From Candidatus Eiseniibacteriota bacterium (GTDB taxonomy: Bacteria; Eisenbacteria; RBG-16-71-46): a DNA stretch of 64,000 nt. The notes beneath the pieces are model-generated. The model did no database searches. It saw only the letters and a list, made by a program, of their open reading frames with translations, and was not told the DNA's origin. The stretch spans positions 1-64,000 of the forward strand of contig JBBRLX010000023.1 of NCBI GenBank assembly GCA_038231135.1, given 5' to 3'. Positions 29,564 through 41,422 of the stretch are shown here, in pieces. Made by a program: the position numbers and the translations under genes. How positions within the stretch are numbered: the stretch's first letter is position 1; each line of letters opens with the position of its first letter.

Positions 29564-31093
29564 ATGAGCGAGGCCCCCGGCAACGACTCCACCACCCACC
29601 AGGTCGCACGCGGCACGGTGAACCTCCTGTGCGGCATGGCGGGGGGCAAGGCGCTCGACTTCGGGCTCTACGTCATCCTCGCCCGCGGGCTCCAGGTCGA
29701 GCAGTACGGCCGCCATATGTACGCGCTGTCGTTCACGCTGCTGTTCAGCATCGTCGCAGACCTGGGCGTGGGCACGGTGTTCGCCCGCGATTCCTCGCAG
29801 GACCCCGAATCCTCCCGTGCGCTGCTGCGCACCACGCTGGGGCTCAAGGTGCTGCTGGCGATCGCCACCGGGGTCGCCGCGGTGGGTGTGGCGTTCGCGA
29901 CCGGCGCCTCGCCCGCCACCATCGCGCTCGTCGCGCTGTTCACGCTGGGCATGCTCATCAATCAGGTGGCCGGGCTATTCGAGACGCTGCTCCGCAACGA
30001 GAACCGCGCCGGCGTGGCCGGGCTCAGCATGGTGGCGCAGAGCCTGATCGCGCTCACGCTGGGCGGGTTCCTGCTGGCGCTCGGCGCCGGCGTGTTCTCG
30101 GGCGCCCTGGCCTACCTGTGCGGCGCGGTCGTCCACCTGCTCACCGCGGCCAACTGGTCGCGCCAGCACTGGCGCTACGAGCACGCCGACACGGCACCCG
30201 AGCGCTTCCCCATGCCGCGGTTCCCGAGCCTGACCGCGTCCACCACGCTCATTCGCAACGCGGCGCCGCTCGCGCTGACGGGCGTGTTCCTCACGCTGTT
30301 CTTCCGCGCCGACACGGTCATTCTCAACGCGGTCCGCGGGCCCGAGGCGGTCGGGCTCTATGGCAGCGTGTTCCGGTTCTTCGAAGCGCTGGTGCTGGTG
30401 TCGGTCGCGTATCGCTCGGTGCTGTTCCCGTTCATGGCGCGGCAGGCCGACCGGCCGGTCGAGGCGCTGCGCGTGCTGTGCCGCAAGTCGTTCCGCGTGC
30501 ACCTGATCTTCACGGTGGGCGTGGCGGTGATCGTGTCGAGCCAGGCGCAGGTCATCGTGAATCTGGTGCTGGGCGCGCGCTACGCGTCGGCGGCGCCGGT
30601 GCTCGCGATCCTCGTGTGGGCGCTGCCGGCGGTGTTCATGACCGATACGCTGCTCCACCTGCTGCTCGCCCAGCATCGTCAGGCGGCCAGCGCCCGGTCG
30701 ATCGCGCTGGCGGCGGCAGCGAACGTGGCGCTCAACCTGGTGCTGATCCCGCGCTGGGGCATCGCCGGCGCCGGCATGGCGCTGGTGGGCAGCCAGGTGC
30801 TGTGCTTTGGACTGATGTTCTCCGAGTTCCGCCGCACGGTGCCGGGCGTGGGGCTGGCCTATGCCATCCGCGCGCCGCTGCTCGCCGGGGGCACGGCGGC
30901 GCTCGCCATGTCGGCGCTGGGGCCGGTGTCGCCCGACGGCATGACGGGCATGGTGATCAGCGGCTGCATCGGCGGCGTCGTGTACCTGGCGGCGCTCGCG
31001 TTGCTGGGGGCGCTCGGCCGGGAGGACGCCGAACTGATGCAGGATCTGCTGCCGTCCGCCCTGCGGCCCGAACGCCAGCAGGAACCCGCGTAA
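29564..31093 (+). CDS. Polysaccharide flippase (Wzx/PST family)
   Basis: ILARGLQVEQYG, ADLGVG, RADTVIL...EAVGLYG, NVALNLVLIPRWGIAGA; many TM helices. Confidence 0.9.
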   Translation: MSEAPGNDSTTHQVARGTVNLLCGMAGGKALDFGLYVILARGLQVEQYGRHMYALSFTLLFSIVADLGVGTVFARDSSQDPESSRALLRTTLGLKVLLAIATGVAAVGVAFATGASPATIALVALFTLGMLINQVAGLFETLLRNENRAGVAGLSMVAQSLIALTLGGFLLALGAGVFSGALAYLCGAVVHLLTAANWSRQHWRYEHADTAPERFPMPRFPSLTASTTLIRNAAPLALTGVFLTLFFRADTVILNAVRGPEAVGLYGSVFRFFEALVLVSVAYRSVLFPFMARQADRPVEALRVLCRKSFRVHLIFTVGVAVIVSSQAQVIVNLVLGARYASAAPVLAILVWALPAVFMTDTLLHLLLAQHRQAASARSIALAAAANVALNLVLIPRWGIAGAGMALVGSQVLCFGLMFSEFRRTVPGVGLAYAIRAPLLAGGTAALAMSALGPVSPDGMTGMVISGCIGGVVYLAALALLGALGREDAELMQDLLPSALRPERQQEPA

Positions 31094-31204
31094 GCCTCGT
31101 TCCCGCCGCAAACTCCCGCTCAAGCCGGGGGGGTGGGTGGCCGATTCATCCCCGGTACGAGCACGCTCTCGACCCGCGGCATTGGCAACTCGCAGAGGAT
31201 TTCC

Positions 31205-34200
31205 ATGGCGGACTCCCGGAAGGCCAAGTCTCAGCCCAAGTCCAAAGGTACCAAGAGCTTTGCTTCGGCGCCCATTGGGCTGCGGGAGCTGCTGGACGCG
31301 TCGCCGGATGCCATCTTCTGCTGCGACGTGGACGGCCACTGGAACTGGATCAGCCCCGCGTTCGAGGCGCTGACGGGCCTCAAGCCGAACGACCTGCTCG
31401 GCAACTACTGCACCGAGGTGGTCGCCCCTCAGGACCGCACCCGATTCCTGCGCGCGGTCCTCGCGATGCGTCACGACAAGGCGACGGAGCCGTTCGAAGG
31501 CGTCGTCACGCTGATGCACGCCGAAGGCTCGGCGGTGCGGGTGGCGGCGCGGGTGCGGCTCATCGAGCGTGCCGACGGTGATCCGGCATTCGTGGGAGTG
31601 GTGCGCGAAGCGCATGGCGCGTCTGGTTCGTCACCGGGCCTAGTCCGTCCGGCATACGACATGGGCCTCCCCTCCGCGCCTGGCGCGGGAGGGATGGGAA
31701 TGGCAGGCGCGCCAGTCGCATCGGGCACCGACACGTATACTGACGACGGCATGCTCGAGGGGATCGAGCGGCACATCGACGCTGGTCACGCCAGCGAGAT
31801 CCGCGACCAGGTCGAAACCAACTCGAACGAACGACTGGCCGAGCTGGAAGCCCAGGTGGCTGCGCTCACGAGCGAGTTGGAGCAGGCGCGCGAGGCCGCG
31901 CCCAACGGCACCGCCACGATGGCTACGGGCGCCGCGGATACGGCCGGGACCGATGCGCTGCGCCAGGAACTGGCGACACTGCGCGCCGATCTCGACCACG
32001 CGAACGACGCCGCCACGAGCGCCGTCACCCGAGCGCTCGAGGCGCAGACGAAATTGGAGCTGGCCGCGAACGCGACCGCGAATGCCGAAGCACGGGCTCG
32101 CGAGGCCGCCGCCGAGGTGGAACGGCTGCGTACCGCCGCGGAGACTCCGGTGTTGCCGGCGCTCGCCGCCGGCGCCACGGCGCCCGAGATCGAGCAGGCG
32201 CATCGCGAGCTCGAAGACAACCGCGCGGAGCTGCAGCGCACCTACGACACGACCAAGATCGAGATCGCCAGGTTGCGCGCCGAGGCCGACGAGGCTCACG
32301 AGGACGCGCGGCGGATGCACGAGGAGGCCGATCGTGCACGCGCCGACGCGCGCGACCTGCTCGATCAGGCCGAGAAGGCGCGTATCCAGGAGGGCAAGTC
32401 GCGTGCGGAAGCCGTGCGGGCCCGCGACTCGGCGGTCAAGGCGCGCACCGCGGCCGAACTGCGCACCGAGACCAGCCTCAAGAACGAAGCCGCGGCCACG
32501 GCGCGGGTCGCCGAGCTCAACAAGCGCGTCGACACGCTGACCACGCAGCTCGCGGCGCTGAAGGGCGCGTCCAAGGACACGACGAACCACGACAAGCTGC
32601 AGGGCCGTAACCGGGAGCTCGAAGACCGCGTGAAGGCGCTGGAAGACGAGCTGACCGAGACGCGAACCGAGACGGTGGCGCTCGCGAAGCACAGCGATGA
32701 ACTCGAGCAGCAGCTTCAGACCCAGGTCCCCGAGGCGGAGAGCCTGCACGACGAGCTGATCGCGACGCGCGCCGAGATCGTGCGCATGCGCGAGCGCACG
32801 TCGACCGGCAACGGCGAACTGCAGCGCGTGCAGGGCGAGCTCGAGACGGCGCTCACCCAGCTCGCGGCCATCGAAGCCGAGGTCACGCGGCTGCACGATG
32901 CGACGGGCGCGGTAGCGGAGGCGCAGAGCGTCGTCACCGGTGATGACGAGGGCAGCCAGCATGTGGCGGAGCTGCTACAGCGCGTGGCGTCGCTCGAGAA
33001 GCTGCTCGAGACGTCGCAGGCGCGCGGCGCCGAGTGGAGCGAGTTCATCTCCACGCTGAGCCACGAGATCCGCACTCCGATGAACGGCGTGATCGGCATG
33101 GCGCACCTGCTGCTCGACACCGCACTCGACGCCCAGCAGCGCAGCTGGGTCGAGATCGTGCGGCATTCGGCGCACGCGCTGCTCGCGCTCATCAACAACT
33201 CGCTCGATTTCTCGCGGCTCGAAACCGGCAAGCTCGAGATGGAGTCGGTCGACTTCGACTTGCGCGTCACGATCAACGAAGTGCAGGCCGTCGTGGGCCC
33301 GCTGGCCCGCGAGAAGGGCCTGACGCTCATCTGCCAGGTGCACCACGAGGTGCCGTCGCGGCTGTTCGGCGACGCGGGACGGCTGCGCCAGATCATCCTC
33401 AACGTGCTCGGCAGTGCGATGCGGTGCACCGACGGTGGCGAGGTGAAGCTTGTCGTGGAGCGCGTGGACGAGGGCGAGGAGAGCGTTCAGCTCCGGTTCC
33501 GCGTGATCGGCTCCGGGGTCGGCGCGTCGGAAGAGCACATGCTCAACCTGTTCCAGGCGTTCGTGAAGTCCGATGCCGCGATCGCGCGCCGGTTCGGCGC
33601 CGATGGCCTGGGGCTCGCGGTCGCCCGCCAGCTCGTCACCCGCATGCGCGGCACCGTGGGCATGGAGAACGACGCCTCGGGCACCACGCCGTGGTTCAGC
33701 ATGAAGATCATGAAGCAGCCCGAGGTCACGGCGACCTCCGAGGCGCCGACCGTGCGGCTGCGCGGCCTGCGCGTGCTGGTCGTCGACAACTCGCGCGCGG
33801 TGCGCAACTCGCTGGTCGAGATGCTCGCCGCCTGGGGCAGCCGCGCCGACGAGGCGGGCAACAGCGAAGAGGCGTTCGACCGGCTGAAGCGCGCGCTCGA
33901 CGAGAACGATCCCTACAAGGTCGCGATCATCGACATGGAGCTGCCGGGCGTGAATGGCGAACAGGTCGGCGGCCGCATCCGCTCGATGACGGAATACCAG
34001 TCGACGCGCATGGTGCTGCTCACCAGCGTGGGGCGCCGCGGCGACGCGGCGCGGGTGCGCAACCTGGGATTCTCGGCCTACCTGATCAAGCCGATCCAGT
34101 GGTCGGAGCTGTACGACGCGCTGACCGAGGTGGTGCAGCAGGGCCATCCGGCGGTCGACACAACGCCGCTCGTCACCCGCCATTCGATCGCCGAGTCGCG

Positions 34201-35482
34201 CCGCACGCGCGTGCGCATCCTGTGCGTGGACGACGATCCGGTGAACCAGCTCGTCTCGGACTGGACGCTGCGCCGCCACGGCTACACGCCGGAGCGCGCG
34301 GGCACCGCGGGTAAGGCGCTCGAGATGTTCGATCACTCGCCGCCCGACGTCATCCTGCTCGACGTGGCGCTGCCCGACATGGACGGTTACCGCGTGGCAC
34401 AGTCGATTCGCGCGCGCGAGCAGCAGAGCGGCCGCCACACGCCGATCATCGCCGTCACCGGCAAGATGATGCCCGGCGACCGCGAGCGCTGTCTCGCCGC
34501 GGGCATGGACGACTACCTGACGAAGCCGGTCGACCTGGGCGAGTTGTGTGCCCGCGTCGAGCGCTGGACCGGCAAGATGCGCAACCAGTCGCAGGCGGAG
34601 CCGGGGCCGCTCGTGGGCGGGTCCACGGCCCCGATCGAGCGCGACGACGCCACCGAGTCGCGGTCCGACATCCAGGCCGGGCTGGGGGCGATCATCATGC
34701 CGCCGCCCGCGCCCAGCCATGTGCCCGCGCCCACCGGACTCCGCGTGGTGCCGACGCTGGCGCCGGCGGTGACGAGCAGCGAAGCCGACGACACGCCGCT
34801 CACGCTCGCGAACGAGGACGAATTCGCGGTGCCCAATCACCCGAGAACTCCGCCGCGGCTGTCGCTGGTCCCGCCCGAGGCTGCGGCGAAGGTCGAGCGT
34901 CGCCGCCACGACGATCCCACGGGTCTCGGCGACGAGATCGACTTCGAGTCCGACTCCGACGACATCCCCGGCGCCGCGGCGCCTCCGACGTCGTTGAGGG
35001 TGGACGAACACGAACAGGCAGACGAACAGGAACACGCAGACGATACCGACCAGGAACCCGTCGAAAGCGACGGCTTCTTCCTCGAAAAGGCCCCCGACCG
35101 TGGTGCCAGCACCGGGTTCACCAGCGACCCGTCGATCCTCGACATGAAGCGGCTGGACGACGCCAGCATGGGTATTCCCGCGCTGCGCGAGGCGCTGATC
35201 ACCACGTTCATCGGCGACCTCAAAGCGCGGCTCGATCGCATGGACATCGCGATCCTCAACCGCTCGTCGCAGACGCTCGAGCACGAGGCGCACGGCCTGA
35301 AGGGCATGGCCGGGACGATCGGCGCGGTGGGCTGCTCCGGCGTGTTCGAGCAGATCGAGCGGCTGTCGAACGAGGAGCGCTTCGAGGGCCTCGAAGAGTT
35401 GATGGAGAAGGCCCGCCAGGAAGCCCGCAAGGTCGAGGATCATATCCTGACCCTGGGATTCCGCCCCCGCCGCGCTGCCTGA
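31205..35482 (+). CDS. Soluble hybrid histidine kinase-like protein (PAS, long coiled coil, HisKA, degenerate HATPase, 2 REC, Hpt)
   Basis: LLDASPDAIF PAS; SHEIRTPMNG; REC motifs IIDMELP and LLDVALP; AHGLKG Hpt. Confidence 0.9.
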   Translation: MADSRKAKSQPKSKGTKSFASAPIGLRELLDASPDAIFCCDVDGHWNWISPAFEALTGLKPNDLLGNYCTEVVAPQDRTRFLRAVLAMRHDKATEPFEGVVTLMHAEGSAVRVAARVRLIERADGDPAFVGVVREAHGASGSSPGLVRPAYDMGLPSAPGAGGMGMAGAPVASGTDTYTDDGMLEGIERHIDAGHASEIRDQVETNSNERLAELEAQVAALTSELEQAREAAPNGTATMATGAADTAGTDALRQELATLRADLDHANDAATSAVTRALEAQTKLELAANATANAEARAREAAAEVERLRTAAETPVLPALAAGATAPEIEQAHRELEDNRAELQRTYDTTKIEIARLRAEADEAHEDARRMHEEADRARADARDLLDQAEKARIQEGKSRAEAVRARDSAVKARTAAELRTETSLKNEAAATARVAELNKRVDTLTTQLAALKGASKDTTNHDKLQGRNRELEDRVKALEDELTETRTETVALAKHSDELEQQLQTQVPEAESLHDELIATRAEIVRMRERTSTGNGELQRVQGELETALTQLAAIEAEVTRLHDATGAVAEAQSVVTGDDEGSQHVAELLQRVASLEKLLETSQARGAEWSEFISTLSHEIRTPMNGVIGMAHLLLDTALDAQQRSWVEIVRHSAHALLALINNSLDFSRLETGKLEMESVDFDLRVTINEVQAVVGPLAREKGLTLICQVHHEVPSRLFGDAGRLRQIILNVLGSAMRCTDGGEVKLVVERVDEGEESVQLRFRVIGSGVGASEEHMLNLFQAFVKSDAAIARRFGADGLGLAVARQLVTRMRGTVGMENDASGTTPWFSMKIMKQPEVTATSEAPTVRLRGLRVLVVDNSRAVRNSLVEMLAAWGSRADEAGNSEEAFDRLKRALDENDPYKVAIIDMELPGVNGEQVGGRIRSMTEYQSTRMVLLTSVGRRGDAARVRNLGFSAYLIKPIQWSELYDALTEVVQQGHPAVDTTPLVTRHSIAESRRTRVRILCVDDDPVNQLVSDWTLRRHGYTPERAGTAGKALEMFDHSPPDVILLDVALPDMDGYRVAQSIRAREQQSGRHTPIIAVTGKMMPGDRERCLAAGMDDYLTKPVDLGELCARVERWTGKMRNQSQAEPGPLVGGSTAPIERDDATESRSDIQAGLGAIIMPPPAPSHVPAPTGLRVVPTLAPAVTSSEADDTPLTLANEDEFAVPNHPRTPPRLSLVPPEAAAKVERRRHDDPTGLGDEIDFESDSDDIPGAAAPPTSLRVDEHEQADEQEHADDTDQEPVESDGFFLEKAPDRGASTGFTSDPSILDMKRLDDASMGIPALREALITTFIGDLKARLDRMDIAILNRSSQTLEHEAHGLKGMAGTIGAVGCSGVFEQIERLSNEERFEGLEELMEKARQEARKVEDHILTLGFRPRRAA

Positions 35483-35616
35483 CGCAGGTCCGCACCCCGC
35501 CCGCGTCGTAGCCGCATCGCCTTCCGCATGGCCGCGCATGTCGCGGCGGCGGCGTTCCCGACGCGGCGGGTAGCTACCGGGCGCCGGACCGATGCTGTGC
35601 TAGTTTTCGGGGCTCG

Positions 35617-36804
35617 ATGCGTCCGTTCCTCACGCCCCGGCTCAAGCTGCTGTCGATCGCGCATTTCTCGATCGACGCCTATGCCAGCTTCATCTCGCCG
35701 CTGCTGCCGCTGCTGATCCCACGGCTGCACCTGAGCCTCACGCAGGTCGGCGGTCTCGTCGCGCTGGCGTCGCTGTCGTCCTCGCTGACCCAGCCGGTGT
35801 TCGGATGGTTTGCGGACCGCCTGCGCCGCCCGTGGTTCGTGGCGTTCGGCCCGCTGTGCACGGCGGTGTTCATGAGCGCCGCCGGCGCCGCGCCCTCGTA
35901 CGGCGCGCTGGTGGCGTTGCTGATGGTGGGCGGGCTGGGGGCCGCATCGTTCCATCCGCAGGCGGCGATGCTCGCCGGCGGACTCGGCGAGCGCCGCGCC
36001 GTGGCGATGTCGTTCTTCGTGTCCGGCGGCACGCTCGGCTACTCGCTCGGCCCGCTGTTCGCGGTCGGCACCGTGGCGATGTTCGGGCTGACGCGCACGT
36101 GGATCGCCGCGATTCCCGGCGTGATCGTGGCGGCGCTGCTGATCGCGTGGTTCCGCCGCGTACCGCCGGTCACCCATGACGCGCGCACCCGGCCCGCGTT
36201 CCGGGAGCTGCGGCCGCACGCCCGGTCGCTCACCCTGCTGTATTTCGCGGTGGTGTTCCGGTCCGCGGTCAGCCTCGGATTCATGACGTTCCTCGCCGTC
36301 CTGCTGCATCAGCAGGGCATCTCGGTCGCGAGCGCCGGAGCGATCCTGACGGTGTATCTCGTGTGCGGTGCGGTGGGCGGCTTCGCGGGTGGCATGATGT
36401 CCGGACGCTGGGGCGGCCGGGCCGTCGTGCTGGCATCGTACGCGGGCTCGCTGCCGCTCTACGTGGCGTTCCTGGTCCTGCCGATCGGGATCGGGCTGCC
36501 GTGCCTGTTCCTTGGCAGCTTCACCGCGCAGGCGGCGCTGCCGGTGAACGTGGTGATGGGGCAGGAGCTGTCGCCGCGGCACGCCTCGACGATCTCGAGC
36601 CTGCTGATGGGCGCCGCGTGGGGCGTGGGCGCCATGCTGGTGAGCCTGACCGGGGTGCTCGCCGACCGGGTCGGGCTCCACACCGCTTTGGTGGCGCTCA
36701 CGAGCCTGCTCGGACTGGGAGTCGTGGTGGCGTGGATGCTGCCGCGGATCGGCGACCCGGCGCGGCCGGCGCGCCTCGTTGGCGTTTCCGGAGGGATCAC
36801 CTAA
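35617..36804 (+). CDS. MFS transporter (Fsr-like)
   Basis: AHFSIDAY, QPVFGWFADR, GLGAASFHPQA, GVLADRVG. Confidence 0.9.
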   Translation: MRPFLTPRLKLLSIAHFSIDAYASFISPLLPLLIPRLHLSLTQVGGLVALASLSSSLTQPVFGWFADRLRRPWFVAFGPLCTAVFMSAAGAAPSYGALVALLMVGGLGAASFHPQAAMLAGGLGERRAVAMSFFVSGGTLGYSLGPLFAVGTVAMFGLTRTWIAAIPGVIVAALLIAWFRRVPPVTHDARTRPAFRELRPHARSLTLLYFAVVFRSAVSLGFMTFLAVLLHQQGISVASAGAILTVYLVCGAVGGFAGGMMSGRWGGRAVVLASYAGSLPLYVAFLVLPIGIGLPCLFLGSFTAQAALPVNVVMGQELSPRHASTISSLLMGAAWGVGAMLVSLTGVLADRVGLHTALVALTSLLGLGVVVAWMLPRIGDPARPARLVGVSGGIT

Positions 36805-36860
36805 ATTCTTGCCGGATTCACGGGTGCGTCGCGATTGTCACCTTTTCGACAGGACTCACG

Positions 36861-37757
<897 letters not shown>

Positions 37758-37770
37758 CCGGGGGCGGTCG

Positions 37771-39272
<1,502 letters not shown>

Positions 39273-39288
<16 letters not shown>

Positions 39289-39995
39289 CCGTCGAACGGT
39301 TCGCGGACATGGCGGCGCTCGCCGAGGCCGCGGCCCGCCATGTGGCCGCGGCGGCCCACCTGGCCGTCGCCGAGCGCGGCACGTTCCGCCTGGCGCTGTC
39401 GGGCGGCGGCACTCCCGAGAGGCTCTACCGGCTGCTGGCGTCCGACGCGTGGCGCGACCGCGTGCCGTGGCAACAGACCATCGTTCTGTTTGCCGACGAG
39501 CGCGCCGTACCTCCCGACGATCCCGACAGCAACTATCGCCTGGTGCGGATGCTGCTGCTCGATCCGCTCGGCATCGACGCCGGCAGAGTGCGCCGGATGA
39601 CGGGAGAGGATCCCGACCTCGATGCCGCGGCGCGGCGCTACGAATCGGAACTCGTCATGCCGCTCGATCTGCTGGTGATGGGCATGGGACCCGACGGGCA
39701 CACGGCGTCGCTGTTCCCGGGTCACGAGGCGCTGCTCGAAGGTGTGCTGCGCTGCGTGGCCGTGACGGACAGCCCCAAGCCGCCGCCGCGCCGGCTCACG
39801 CTCGCGCGGCGCGCGCTCGCGGAAGCGCGCGCCGCGATCGTGCTCGTCACCGGCGACGACAAGGCCGCGGCGCTCGCCGCGGCCCTCGATCCCGCCACGC
39901 CGGTCGCCGCGTGTCCCGCGGCGCTGCTGCGCGGGCGCACGTGGCTCGTGGACTCCGCCGCGGCCCGCCGGCTGCCGCCGGCTACAGCGTGCTGA
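39273..39995 (+). CDS. pgl: 6-phosphogluconolactonase
   Basis: LALSGGGTP, ADERAVP..DPDSN, GMGPDGHTASLFP, SPKPPPRRLTL. Confidence 0.94.
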
Positions 39996-40851
39996 GGTAG
40001 GCGTAGATCGCCTGCACCTCGACGTCGTCCATGCGCGCGAAGATCGCCCACGGCATCTCGGCCTTGAGCGCGTGCGCGTCCTTCGTGCTCACGCCGTGGC
40101 GCACGGCGCGTTCGAACGCGTCGTACGGATGCTGGTGCGCGACCATCACCAGGTCGGGCCCCGCGGGCGGGCCGTTCTGCGTGGGGTGCAAGCCGTGCAG
40201 ATCCCGGCCGTGGCATTCCCGGCAGCCGTAGAGCGCCGACAGGTAATGGCCATAGTCGGCGGTGGCGCCGACCGGCACCTGCGCGACCGGTGCCGTGATC
40301 GCGGGCTGGACGCTGGTGGGAAACCTGCCCGTGGCGATCAGCGCCGCGAGCACCAGGCCGATCCGGCGCGGCCGGGTCTCGCGGGTGACCGCGGGCTGGG
40401 AGCGCAGGTAGCCGATCAGGCACGCGAGATCGGCGTCGGACATGCCGTGGAACGCCTGCGACGGCATCAGCAACAGCGGCCGGCCGTGCAGGTCGATGCC
40501 TTCGCGAATCGCGCGCGCGAGCTGGCCGTCCGAGTAGTCGCGCAGCCTGCCGCCGGGCGTGAGGTTCGCCGGCTGCAGCGTGCCGAACGGCGGGGCGTCG
40601 AAGAACGCCGTGTCGCGGGCGGACAGCGGCAGGTCCTCGTTGGGACTGTGACACGCGACGCACGAGATGCCGGCGAGGTGGGCGCCGCGCTCGATCGACG
40701 GCAGGTCGGTTTGCGCCGCGATCGCCGGCACCGGCCGGTTCACCGAGGTGTCGGCCTTGCGATGGCCCATCGTGTAGAGATACGTGACCAACGCGACCAC
40801 GATCACGACGAGCACCAGAATGATCCGAATCAGATTGCGAATGAGCGTCAT
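39982..40851 (-). CDS. Membrane-anchored diheme cytochrome c
   Basis: N-terminal TM; CVACH and CRECH; NLTP, LMPS, EMPW. Confidence 0.9.
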   Translation of the reverse strand: MTLIRNLIRIILVLVVIVVALVTYLYTMGHRKADTSVNRPVPAIAAQTDLPSIERGAHLAGISCVACHSPNEDLPLSARDTAFFDAPPFGTLQPANLTPGGRLRDYSDGQLARAIREGIDLHGRPLLLMPSQAFHGMSDADLACLIGYLRSQPAVTRETRPRRIGLVLAALIATGRFPTSVQPAITAPVAQVPVGATADYGHYLSALYGCRECHGRDLHGLHPTQNGPPAGPDLVMVAHQHPYDAFERAVRHGVSTKDAHALKAEMPWAIFARMDDVEVQAIYAYLSTL

Positions 40852-40970
40852 GGCGGCCTCCGACACCGTGCGGGGGAACATGCACGAACCCGCGGGCGAT
40901 CTGCATTCGCTCCGCGGGTTCGTTCAATGATGAATCAGACGCATGCGAGGGGTCTCTCGAACCGCGGAGC

Positions 40971-41315
40971 TCAGGCCTTGGGGCGACCTCGCCGGGAGCC
41001 GAACAGCGAATCCATGTAGCTGCCCACTTCGGTGCGGACGATCTCCGGCAGGATCTGCTGGATCTTCGAGCGGACCTCCGAGCGAACCTGCGACGGCAGA
41101 TCGCCCTTGGCGGATAGATTGCCACCCGAGCCAGCCGGACGGCCGCGGCGCGCCGACACGCCGGTCTTCTTGCGCCACGAATAGTACGTCACCGGCGTGA
41201 CGCCGAACTTCTTCTTCACGTCGAGCGCGGTGAGGCCGTCGCGCGACGCAGTGTCGAGAATCTGCTGGCGCAGTTGCGGCGAATAACTCTTGCGCTGACG
41301 CGTGCCCTTTGCCAT
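40971..41315 (-). CDS. Small basic HTH protein with two AT-hook (RRGRP) motifs
   Basis: RKSYSPQLRQQIL...VKKKFGVTPVTYYSWRKK HTH; ARRGRPA and SRRGRPKA; GAGGAGG SD. Confidence 0.8.
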   Translation of the reverse strand: MAKGTRQRKSYSPQLRQQILDTASRDGLTALDVKKKFGVTPVTYYSWRKKTGVSARRGRPAGSGGNLSAKGDLPSQVRSEVRSKIQQILPEIVRTEVGSYMDSLFGSRRGRPKA

Positions 41316-41393
41316 TTCCATTCCTCCTCGGTATTGACGCGTTCCGAGGGGATCGCGTCCTGCACTCATGGTTCCAAAGAACCGGGGAGCGCG

Positions 41394-41422
41394 TTTATAT
41401 CGCATTCATTGGTATCATGCAA
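41394..41422 (-). promoter_or_regulatory. Sigma-70-type promoter of the HTH/AT-hook gene
   Basis: TTGCAT-17 bp-TATAAA on minus strand, overlapped by inverted repeat CATTCATTG-N8-CAATGAATG (41403-41428). Confidence 0.65.

Noticed and set aside
29199..29567. ORF between the sigma-54 promoter and the flippase
   Set aside because: Pro-rich, no clear SD and no recognisable domain; may be a long leader or a decayed gene.
40971..41315. IS3-like transposase orfA
   Set aside because: No DDE integrase ORF, terminal inverted repeats or target duplication nearby.
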